Assembly (NCBI RefSeq): GCF_018977255.1
Contig: NW_024704763.1
Coordinates: 5,642,001 to 5,706,000, forward strand
DNA from: Callorhinchus milii
Taxonomy: Eukaryota
Reading direction: 5' to 3'
DNA length: 64,000 bases
The translations under genes were made by a program, and so were the position numbers. Under the pieces are notes generated by a model. The model made no database searches and was not told the origin of the DNA. It saw nothing but the letters and a program-made list of their open reading frames with translations. Shown here in pieces: positions 1-12,100 of this stretch (its first letter is position 1; every line of letters begins with the position of its first letter).

Positions 1-59
1 AATAGAGCTATTGAAAGAGACAGAGACTGACCAGGGAAGAGGGAGAGAGACTGGGGGAT

Positions 60-180
60 TAGAGACGAGCACAAGACCAGTCCCACCGGCATGTTGCCCA
101 GCCGATACCGCGCCCGGCTGGTCGGTAACCCCGTAAGTGCCTGCTTAAGTTTGCGACAGATTTGCGAACCGGAGCCGTGT
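60..180 (+). promoter_or_regulatory. CpG-rich patch over LRRC49 exon 1 (edge of promoter CpG island)
   Basis: Dense CpGs in an otherwise CpG-poor window; core promoter probably lies upstream of the window. Confidence 0.55.
91..132 (+). CDS. LRRC49: LRRC49 coding exon 1 ([14 protein letters not shown])
   Basis: ATG at 91 in a CpG-rich patch, GTAAGT donor at 133, phase 0; resembles human N-terminus MIPGKYRS. Confidence 0.8.
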
Positions 181-3100
181 GATCAAATAACAATCCAATG
201 TAATAATCCTTGCATTTGATACAGTGCCTTATCACGCCGTTGAGATGTCTCAAAAGCGCTTCACAAAATGTATTGTAAATGTAATTACTTTCGTTTTTTG
301 TGGGCGAAACACGGCAGCCAATTGCGCACAGCAATGGATCACAAACAGTCAAAAGTACCCGGGAAGTGCAGCCAGGACTAGTGCTGTCTGGAAGGGGTCA
401 GGCATGTGTGTGTGTGTGTGTGTGGTGCCATGTAGAGTACCAGGATGGGTCAGACAATGTTTTCAGATTTTGGGAGGCAGCAGACAGTGTTTCAGGTTGG
501 GGGGGTGGGCACCGTATGAGAGGGAGATTGGGGTACAGTGTGCGAAAGAGAGAGTGAGAGACTGGAGATAGAGAAAAAGAGAGAGAGACTAGGGATAGAG
601 CAGGGGTGTCAATCTTCTGCTCCAAAGGCCATTTAAGTTAACACTGTTCACTTGGTGGGCCGCGCCCTTAAAAATTGTACATAATACTGTACCTGAAAAT
701 GTTGACAGCAATTGTATGCATATTTGCTCAAATATACCAATTTACATGAAACATTGCCCCACTGCACAATTCTTAGTCATCAAAAATAGTATGCAGGCTA
801 ATGCTAAGACAATAGATAATGCTAAGTCTCAATATTTAACTTAAATTCCAAAACATAACACTTTAACATCATCAAAGCAAAAATACAACAGGTTGTGAAA
901 ATGCCATTTAGTAACAATGTGAAGTTTACCTTCGCTATACAACTCAACAACAACAACAACAAGATTCCATTTATAAAGCGCCTTTCACGTCAGGAGGACG
1001 TCCCAAGGTGCTGCACAGTTGGGTCATGACCCGAGCAAGGGGGAAGTGGTCAGGGTGAGGGGAGGGAGGGAGCGAGGAGGGGGAAGAGAGTCGAGAGGGG
1101 AGCTGAAGGCTCTGTCAAAGAGAAAGGTTTTGAGACCGGCCTTGAAGGAGGAGAGGGAGGAGGCGGCGAAGGCACTGGGGGATAGAGTTCCAGAGCCTAG
1201 GGGCTGAGAGGCTGAAGGCCCGACCACCGATGGTAGGGCAATTGGGGCGGGGGACGTGGAGCAGACCGGAGCCGGAGGAACGGGCAGGTAGGTAGGGGGA
1301 TAGTAGGTTGGAGAGGTAGGAGGGAGCGAGGCCGTGAATGGCCTTGTAGGTGAGGATGAGGATCTTGAAATCAATCCTCTGGGGGATGGGGAGCCAGTGG
1401 AGGCGAGCGAGGGTGGGAGTGATGTGGTCCCGAAGCCTGGTGCGGGACAGTACACGAGCTGCAGAGTTCTGAATGACCTGCAGCTTGTGGAGGGAGGTGC
1501 CGGGAAGGCCGGCGAGGAGAGAGATCCCATAGTCCAGCCTTGAGGTGACAAAGGCGTGAACCAGGGTTTTAGCAGCGTGAGGGGTGAGGTAGTGCCGTAG
1601 TCTGGCGATGTTCCGGAGGTGATGGAAGGCGGTGCCAGTTGTGGTGCGGATGTGAGGGAGAAAAGACAGCTCAGGGTCGAACAAAACGCCGAGGTTCCTG
1701 ACTGGCTTTGAGAGGTGGAGAGTGCAGCCTTGGATGCTGATGGTGTCGGCGCCTGAGGTGCGGAGGCGCTGACGTGAGCCAATCAGGAGGGCCTCGGTTT
1801 TTCGCACGTTGAGCTGAAGAAAGTTGTCTCTCGTCCAGGACTCGATGTCGGACAGGCAGGCTGTCAGGACATCGGTGGTCGTGGAGTTGAGAGTAGAGGA
1901 GGAAAGGTAGAGTTAGGTGTCATCCGAATACATGTGGAAGTTAACTCCATGTCTGCGGATGATGTCACCAAGGGGGAGCATGTAGAGGGTGAAGATGTAC
2001 AGTTGGGAGGCGACAACTCTTTCCAGGACCTTGGAGAGAAAGGGGAGGTTGGAGATGGGCCGGTAGCTTGATAGCTGCTAGCTCCTGATAGGGAGGGTTT
2101 TTTCAGGGTGGGCGTGATGGTGGCAGTTTTTAAAGGAATGGGGACAGAGCCAGAGGAGAGGGACAGGTTGACAATGTCGGTGATATGTTGATTCAAGAAA
2201 GTGGAGCTGGGAGATAAGGAGTGGAGTGGGGATGGGGTCAAGGGAGCAGGTGGTTGGTTTCAGGGATAGGATGAGTTTGGTGACAGAGTGTGGGGAAACG
2301 GGTACAAAAGTGAGTAACTCAATGCTAGTTGTGTTCCGTTGCATGTGTACTTGAGCAAATGCATTCTATGTACGTGAGCAAACATTCTGTACACCATCTG
2401 ATTAGCTATTTTTACTAACTGAGCTGGCATTTGCTTAATGGGAATGTCACTTATGCAATGCAGAATGCACAGGTTTGAATATACATCATATTAAAAAGAG
2501 GACGGTTGGTTTAAAGAAAAATTTCAGGACAGTATATCAATATGATTTTAGAAACTAATGGACGAGCTGCCAAATATCACCTCATGAGTCCTGTAGTGGA
2601 GTCCTGTTCAGTGGTTAGAGCACTCGCTTTGCAAGCGAGAGACCTGAGATCAATTCCAGGCAGAGGGTGAAACCTTGGGCAAGTTTCCTTACTCCACACA
2701 GAGCCTAATAATAATCCCTCCAAAACCAAAAACAATAATAAATTGGTCATTTTCAATCTACGACTGTTTGTGGGACATTGCTGTGCGCAATTGGCTGCCG
2801 CGTTCGCCCACAAATATACAGTCAATTCACTTTACAGTGTGTTCTGTGAAGGCTTTGGGACGTCCTCCTGACGTGAAAGGTGCTATATCAAATGCAAGGA
2901 TTATTATTATTATATTATAACAGTCTGCTTGATACCCCTGGGATAGAGACCAGCCCCATCATCATGTTCCCCATCAGATACCGGGCCCACCTAGTCAGTA
3001 ACCCTATAAGTGCTGCTATCAGGTTTTCAGAGACCAGTATTATCATGGATTGATTGAAGACACAGGACTGCTGTCAACTTAGTTTTACTTTTGCACTCTG

Positions 3101-6100
3101 CCTAATGTTTAGTAACCACTATTGCGCACAAATTTTGTTTGCAGGTAAATGCCTGCAGTCTTAAGCTAACTGTTCAAGCATCATCTGTTGGAGATCGACT
3201 TGCCCCAAAGCATCATGTAAGTCCTGGTTTTGTAATGACCAACATGTTACAGTTTGATTTAGCAATTGCACGTAATTACGTGGAGTTACATAGAGTGATA
3301 TTGCATGGAAACAGGTCATTTAGTCCAACTAGTCCATGTATGTGTTTATACTCCATACAAGCACCTACTCTTCCTGTCTCTGTTCCCTTCTCCCATGCAT
3401 CAAATTTTCTCTTGGTAGATTGATGCTTCTTGTTTTATCTACTATTTTATCTATCTATCAAAAATGTTTGATTTATCTACTGACATCAGATGTAGTAAAA
3501 CTAATAATTAATGAGCTGTGAGTTGAACAAGGAATTTTTGAGTAGTAAATCCTGTGTCCATTTTATGACCAATAGTATAACAAAGCTGGTTAGAGTTGTT
3601 TAACAAGTTGATATGAAGTTAAAGGTTTAGATGCTGTTATGCCAGTTCTCACTGTTTCCTTCAGTTCTCAGTTCTCCTTCAAGACCCATCTCAAGACCCT
3701 CCACTTTGACTGTGCTTTTGATCACCCTGCTTACCCCCTGCCCTCCACCCTCCCCGATCCTGACCCCCAGCTCAGGTCCAAAATTCTGACTGTCCAGTGC
3801 CTTAGGAAGTCCTCTCGATGTGAAAAGCATTATACAAATGTAATTTTGTTGTTTGCAACATTCTATTTGCAGTATCTCTGAATTATTACCATTGTTTTGC
3901 AGTGTTGCTAAAATAGTTGATGTGGAGATCTGAGAAACAGTGGAATTACTATTGAATTGAGGAACTTCAGATTTTTTTATATGCTATTAATTTATCGTTG
4001 CAGGTTGATTCGAGATTAAATAAGGAGCATTTTGCCTCGCATAGTAAAAGCCTGCATGGAGATGCTGACAAGAATTTTCTCTCCAAACCAGGTGCCGTGC
4101 AACATATCATCTTATATATTGTTGGTAATCCATCTACTCGCTGTTCCTAACTTTCAGAACAGGTCAAACCAGGTTCCGCATTCTTTTTCACTCATTTAAT
4201 TCCCTTTTAAAGAAACTAGTGGACTCTGCTTCAGCTGTTTCGTAGCAGAGAATTCCCCATTCCAGCTAGCAACTGTGTACGTCTTATTAAAATATTTTGT
4301 AGGAGCATATAAATTTACAACACAGAAGGCCATTGTGTCTGTGTTGGCTCTTTTTAAAAAAAAATATTCCTTTCAGTTCTATTTACCTACCTATGTTATA
4401 TAAACCATTTACAATGCTGCCTCCTAACTAGAATCCTACAGCACAACAGGAAGCCGTTGGGCCCATTGTGACTGCTGGCTATTTTGTACAAGTTCATTAT
4501 TACCTCCTTTCTTGTATATTCTGTGCCTCTAGATATAAAACAAAAGATTTATATCACATTTCCATGACCTTTAATGGCATGTGCACTGCCACCTTTATTA
4601 ACTTGTGTATCTTATCTATCTCCTCTTTGACTCCATTTAAAATCTTATGAGTTAAGGTACATTTCAATTCCCTTTTCATATCACAAAATGTACATTTTCC
4701 GTTGAACTGCATCTGCCACCTATTTTCCTGCTGTCTTTCACAATCACTGTTACAAATCATGATGAAATTTGATGTTATCAGTGTGTTTAGGTTTATAATG
4801 TCGGAGCTCAGCATTAAGCTGTGTTCTGGTAAATGGTTCTGTTAAAATGCTGCATTCTTGTTTTTATATTTTACGTGATTGTTTTGCAGAGTTCATTAGC
4901 AATGAGGATCCCATCCGGTACTCAGTACCGCGTATAACAGCTGGCGAATTGCCTTCTCATTTTCAGGCTTCAATGAAATATAAAACACGACAGGGTTCTC
5001 ACAGTGCTGTCCCCTCATCCTCACACACTGTGGGAAACATGCCCTGTTTACCTGGTACGTGTTCTGAATCTAAAATTCCTTGTTTGCACTTTATGACAAA
5101 CGAGATTAGGTGAGACAAGCATTTGTTGAAAAGGCTCTTGAGAACTTTCACTATTGTACGTTGTGTAATTTTATGTATTGCTTGCTCTTTGCAATGTGGC
5201 TACCCGAGTTAGTCCCTAAGCAAAGGGGTTAGTGCGCTCACCTCACAAGAGAGGATCCTGTTTCGATTCCTGAGCAGGACGAAACATAAGGCAAGTTTCC
5301 TTAATACACACTGTTTACCTAGCATTACGTAGGAACCTAGTTGTTAGTTAATTGATGGATCGTTTTCTGGGTGTAATAATCCCAATGCCTGCCCCCCCCA
5401 CCCCCCAAAATGTGGTCACTCAATCCACGACTGTTTTTGGGACATTTCTGTATGTAATTGGCTGCTGCGTTTCGCCCACAAAATGCAGTGTGTCCACTTT
5501 ACAGTATATTCTGTGAAGTGCTTTGAGGTGTCTCAACAATATGATTAGGCGCTATATCAAATATTTTAAATGTCCAATTGGTGGCATTTTCAGGTGATCA
5601 AGTCATTTTTTCAGAGAGCTCTTCAATACCTGGGATACCTGTTGTGTATCGCACAGCAGAGGAGCGGGAAGAGAATGCTGATAGGCTGAATCTAGACAGG
5701 TAAGCGTTTCTTTATAATAACACCTTTTACTTCTATAGCATCTCTATCTATAGAGATGCTATAGAAGCTTCTCGAAAGCTTCACAAAGATGATGAGGATC
5801 ATCGAGCGGAAAAGAAGGGATGCTGACCCAAGACATGGTCAGATATATTTTTAGGAAGATTTTAAAGACAGGAAGAGCAGGTGTAAGTTGGAGGGATTTG
5901 CAGTGTTTCTGAGAAATATATTCTTGAAGTGATGAATGCTTATATGAGGCTTTTGTTTGCTTTTGCGGGAATATTTGGTGATGTTTTAAAAATGGAAGAG
6001 GGCTGTCTTGGTCAAGGAGTGGATATAGGGTTTGAAGCAGAGATAAGGTCAAACAAAGCTCAAATTCATGACTAACTAGTTTATCTGATATGGAGACTGA

Positions 6101-9100
6101 ATCTAGACAGACTAGTGTTAAATTATGTCATGGGAAGCTTGAACTTCGTAACGTGAGCTAAAACATCATGTGCCCAAGCAGCTGTGGACATTTGAGCATG
6201 GTTGAATGTTCTTAGTGAAAACATTTTACGAGTTTTAATTCTTAAAGCTAATGACAATCGCTCGTCTATAAAATGTGTATGAAAATGGGCAAACACATTA
6301 TATTGCATTGATATTCTCAATAATACTGTCTGTATAGGAGACAGCACTAATCTGTATTATTAATTTGTCCAGGAGAAGGCTAACAGTTTGTCCAATACTG
6401 GAAGGGGAGCAGCAACTTCGGTTGCTGAATTTCCAGCACAATTTGATCACTGAGATCCAGCACCTTTCCAACCTCAGGCGGCTCATTTTCTTGGACCTTT
6501 ACAACAATCATATTGAAGAAATCAGTGGCCTTTTTGCTCTGAAGTCACTTCGTGTCCTTATGTTGGGCAAAAACAGGTAATAACATGATAATTTGATTTA
6601 GAAATGTTCTGTACAAAAGAATATGCATTGTGGCAGTGCTGTTGCCATCTGTTCTAAATTGCCCTTTTCGATTAATCCCTTTCTCCATCTCCACATCTTG
6701 TAATGGTTTTACTGCTTAGATCTTTGACCAGTATCATTCTGAATGATTCTATTGATTCAGTCTAAACAACCACTTGTATTGATAAATTCCAAACCCTAAC
6801 AAGCTTCTTTCTGAGTAAAGAAATGTCTTAAGATGATGCCTCATTTTGCTTGACTACCTCTCCCTGACTTCAAAAGCATCTTAAAAATCTTATTGGTCAA
6901 CATCTTTGAATTTTTTTCCCTGCTTGGAGTCCTGTAGCTCACTCGCCTTGCAAGCGAGACACCTGGGTTCAATTCCAGGCAGGGCAAAACCTTGTGTAAG
7001 TTTCCTTACTCCAACGCCTAATCATAATCCCTCCAAAAAAAAAAAATTGGTCATTTTCAATCCACGACTGTTTGTGGGACACTGCTGTGCGCAATTGGTT
7101 GCCTCGTTTCGCCCACAAATATACGGTCAATTTACTTTGCAGCACATTCTGTGAAGCGCTTTGAGATGTCTAGAAGACGGAAAAGCGCTATATCATTATT
7201 ATTATTGTCAAAACTTTTGAGATTTATTTTGTGAAAACCAGGATACAAATGCAAATTACCTGAATAATTCTGATCACAGATAACATTTTAGTATTCTGCT
7301 GTCCTGACAGAATGTCCGTCAGACATCAAGTCCTGGATGAGAGCTAACTTTATTCAGTTCAACGTCAGCAAGACCGAGGCTCTCCTGATTGGCTCGCATC
7401 AGCGCCTCCTCACCTCAGGTGCTGACAACATCACCATCCATGGTTGCACACTCCACCTTGCTAAGTGGAAGCACATATGAAGATGTAAAAATAGTTTTAT
7501 AAATCAAAATTACTGTGAGAGTAGATGAGCAGTGCTGCAACTATATAAATAACTGCTTTCATACCATAATCTGATTTGACATTCCTTCCATCAGTGCAGT
7601 GGTATTTATATACAAGCACAGACCTGCTAACAACCAAAGCTGTCTGATCATTTTAAGCACATAGGAAGAAGAGTTCAATAGATTTTATCGGATAAATAAT
7701 AATCCTTGCATTTGATATAGCGCTTTTCATGTCTTCTAGATGTTGCAAAGTAAATTGACTGTATATTTTGTGGGCATAATATAGGATTTTACCATATTAC
7801 TGTTCTCAGTTTGCTACAGCAATGCTGCCACTCGCATAAAGAGCGGCATTGCTGCCCCTCGCAGTCGTAGTCTGATACTTTGCTACTTTACCCACCATTC
7901 GATATCTTCTTTTTGTCCTGCGCTCGTTGTGTAATACTGCAGTTCGTGGGTAGTGGAGAGGAAGCTTTCCCAGAATGTGTGGTCTTTACTAGCTCTTCCT
8001 GTTTACGCATCATATCTGGTGTTTTGCACTGCAGCCTCACTAACCTTTCCTCTGTACTGAAATGTACAGCCTATTACAACCTTTACTATCTCTTCCCTAT
8101 GGTGAAATGATTTTGAAAGCCACTTCTCCATTTGATTACTTAGTGTGAATTTTGAATTCCTTTTAAGATTACTTTGCTGCCAATTAAAAAGCTCTTGTAT
8201 CACCAAGGTCTCAGGCTATTGACAGTTACTTACTATAAAACAGTATTTTTGTGATTGAGGTGATTTCACAGATTAAAATTTGACATCTGAAGGTCTGTTT
8301 GCTCCAGGCCATTTTCTGACCAAAGTTGAAAGGTGATTCTGGTTCCAGAATTTGAATTATGTTGAGAAAAAGATTTGAAAAGCACTCTGAAGCTGAAGGG
8401 TACTTCTAGCTTTTCACATTTTGTTTTCCTCCCTTGGCTTTATTCATTGGAGTAATATTCTGTGCAGGCAGTGCCTAGTAATGTTGTTTCATATTTATGG
8501 TGCTGAAATATTTGAACTTGATTTCATAACTTTGACACTTTTTTATACCCTTTTGAAACTTGTGGTGAAAACATTTTCTGTACACTAACACTGCAATAGC
8601 TGGATGTCCAGCTTTTGTCTGGAGTACATGGACAATTATTAATATGGAAAGTAATGAATACTTAAAAATCTGGGTTAGAGAAAAGGTTCTGAAGTAACTG
8701 AGTGCTTCTCATTGTTTACAATCTGCCTAATGCTTCAGGCTACAAACCCACACCTAAATACTGAACACACTTGATGCTTACATTTATTACATAAGAGTGG
8801 TGAGCAGTGTGTGGCCAGAATATGGTTCTGTGGTGAGGAGTGTGTGCCAGAGCATGATTGTGGTGAGCAGTGTGTGCTAGCAGCGTGTGGCAGACGCCTG
8901 GCTGAGGGGTGAGAGTTGTGTGCTAGTGGTGGCAGTGTGATAAGTAGTGTGTGCCAGCCCGTGACAATGTGATGAGCACTATATGCTTGCGCTTGAGTGT
9001 GTGGTGAACAGTGTTTGCCAGCAGTGTGATGAGCAGTGTGTGTTTAAAAACTGTTTATGGTGAACAATCGTGCAGATTATAGATAGTTGGAATTGTACAG

Positions 9101-12100
9101 GTCATAATAGTACTAATAAATGAGTAGCACAGTACTAGTATGTGATTGGCTTGCAGCATTTTAAATTTTTCTTTGAAAAGTATGTTATTGCTTAAATTGA
9201 GAACAGCTCTGAAAGCATTTACTGGTGTAATTGTTTTCACATGACTGGTTTAAAAGGAAGCCTGTGGTGAAGCATTTAGCATCCATCTCGTGCCTCTTTA
9301 ATGGCATGGCTGGGATGGGAACTTGCAGATGAGGTACTTGGGCTCAGTCATAAATTCCCTCAGTGTGGCCAGTGGCTGAGCTACAGTTTCGAGGGTTCAT
9401 AGTGCACGTTTGTTCATTGTATAGAACTTGGTGCTGTGCTGCATAAGATGTTAAAGAATGAATCTGTACTTTTTGGCACCTCATCACCTTGCAACATCTC
9501 AGAGTGTTTCAGAAGTATTTCCTGGTATAGCAACTGGTTAAGGGCTGGTATAGTGGGGAAATCATGTTTCAATGGGTGTGAAGTGCAGCAGCATCATATC
9601 ATTTATTATTCTTTTCTTACCAACATATATTACAAAAAATATTGGTTCAACAATTTTTATCAATTTTAATTTGGAAATTCATTCTGAAGTACCCCAAATT
9701 TTCTCTATCACGCTTATTCAAATGTTTTTTTCCCTTTTCCTCCCACACACTCTCTTCATCTCTTTGCAAACATTTCACTTCCAGGTATTTGTGGTTCAGC
9801 TGAAGTTCACCACAAATGAAGGAAGCAGCTGGATCACACCTTTGTTTAGGAAATTATCTGCCTTTGAATTTAAAAGAAAAAATGTCGAATTGAAAAATGA
9901 AAGCAGATTAATTTGCACATTAATTCAACTGAAAATATTCAATAGCCATTGTGAAATAGAGACAATACTTGACCAAAAGTTGCCTCCCTCCCCACCAAAT
10001 AATAATAATAATCCTTGCATTTGATATAGCGCTTTTCACATCGGGAGGATGTCCCAAAGCGCTTCACAGAACACACTGTAAAGTGAATTGACTGTATATT
10101 TGTGGGCGAACGCGGCAGCCAATTGCGCACAGCAATGTCCCACAAACAGTCGTAGATTGAAAATGACCAATTTATTATTGTTTTTGGTTTTGGAGGGATT
10201 ATTATTAGGCTCTGTGTGGAGTAAGGAAACTTGCCCAAGGTTTCGCCCTCTGCTGGAATTGAACTTGGGTCTCTCGCTTGCAAAGCGAGTGCTCTAACCA
10301 CTGAGCTACAGGACTCCACAAATAGAGCACATAGCACCAAAGTAAACTCTTTGTTGCTTGTGGGTGAAAATCCATACCTTATCTCAAGTAGTACAGCAAA
10401 GTTGCTGTATTGCATGTAATTATTGAAAATTTTGAGTTACGATTTCAAAATGACAGCAATGTTCTGGGTCAGCTGACTTGGACTGTTCAACGTGTTGAGT
10501 GGAAGGAATGTCTGATGGAACTTGCTGCTTGCCATCCGTTTTATCTCTTATTTGTTTTACTGCAGAATGGGAATAACAGACAAAGGGTCTCAAACCGATG
10601 GGAATTTCCCACCAGTTGTCAAGGCCTGAACAAATGTCATTTGGCCTCAATTCTGCTAATGTCTTGAGCATATGTCATAGCAATAGATTTTTGAGAAATG
10701 GCAAATAAAATCACGCATCTCGGCATGAGGAGACAACTCTGCTTCTGAAGGGGCCACCAATGGTTCTTGAGGTGACATCAATAAGTTTTGTTCATCATAC
10801 CTCTGCAGATGTTGTCCTGTAACCTTTCAAAAGATTGAATGCTAAACATGTTTAGCTGCTGTTTGAGCCAGAACTTGTTAGGACTGCACTATTTGAGAGG
10901 GTGAAGTGAGGTAAAACACAAGGCACCATTGAACAACAACAACAACAAGATTCCATTTATAAAGCGCCTTTCACGTCAGGAGGACGTCCCAGAGAGAGAC
11001 ATGATGGAGTTAGTGTCAGGAATAGAAGGCAGCACATTAATAGGCAGATGTTATAGGGTTTCTTGGTTCAGATCCTAACGATCTTCTGATGTGAAAGAAC
11101 AAGTGGGATGTCTTCTTTCAAAAGTTGTGAGAGAAATGTGAACAATAGGAGGCTCCCCTGATGATGATAATAATAATAGTCCTTGCATTTGATATAGCGC
11201 CTCATCACGTCTTCGAGACGTCTCAAAGCACTCACAGAATATACTGTAAAGTGAATTGACTGTATATTTTGTGGGCGAAACACAGCAGCCAATTGCGCAC
11301 AGCAGTGTCCCACGAACAATCGTGGATTGAGTGACCAAATTATTATTATTTTTAATCATCTAGTTGATAATGGACTGAAAAGCATTGCTATTTAACCTAG
11401 TGGAAGGAATGCAAGGATTATTATTTGTGGAAACATTGGACAGTAGGTGGCAGCACATACAAAAGTCTGTCAACATTTAGGAAAAACTGTATTTTCAAAA
11501 TCATGAGAATTGTTTTCTAGAGAAAAACTCAAACTCAGTGCAAACGTGAAAAAAAAGTTTAATAGTTTTTCAAAGTTTAATGAAAATTGATGTTTTTTAT
11601 TCCATTGGTTCCACTTCAGTTGGGAAGTGAGGTTTGAATACGTTGTAGAAAATCAAATGGGATTGATGCAAACTTGCATTTGTAAAAGTATTTATGGAAT
11701 CATAGCATGTTACAGCAAAGAAATGGTTCATTGAACCAATCAGGTCTGTGCTGATATTTTTCTTCACACAAGAACCACTTTCCTGGACATTCATCATTCC
11801 CTTTAATCTTCCTCTTCCAGCGTCTATTTAATTCCCTTTTAGAGTAATTGATGGTCTTTGCTTCAGCTTTGATTTGTGGCAGATTATTTCGTGTTTCAAG
11901 CAAATCATTATTTTTTCAAGTTTAACTCCCATTGTGAATATCTTAAAAATGTGCTCTCTCAACAACAACAACATCTCTTCAATGACTTGCGAACCAGTTC
12001 AAATGATCTAAAGTGAAACTCTGGTAACTCACCCTTAGGATAGGTTGTCAAGCCCACATAACTAGTCACTCACTTAATATCCTGGTCATTTGAGTACTTT

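Noticed and set aside
1024-1782. 252-aa Ser/Pro-rich ORF and similar ORFs at 52540, 53554, 53621, 54565
   Set aside because: Alternative frames of C-rich L2 sequence; the same peptides recur at each L2 copy
945-2310. Active autonomous LINE
   Set aside because: 5'-truncated, RT core deleted, YADD changed to YSDD, in-frame stop and frameshifts
2675-2920. Repeated small [21 protein letters not shown].. as a multicopy peptide gene (also 9939..10415)
   Set aside because: Chance open frame in SINE copies with non-ATG starts; disrupted in other copies
8797-9043. CRISPR-like repeat-spacer appearance
   Set aside because: Eukaryotic intron, repeats degenerate, linkers too short and related to each other, no cas genes
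10245-10319. tRNA-Ala(TGC)-like sequence, also at 2597, 6925 and 19460-19532
   Set aside because: These are SINE heads continuing into SINE body and tail, not standalone tRNA genes
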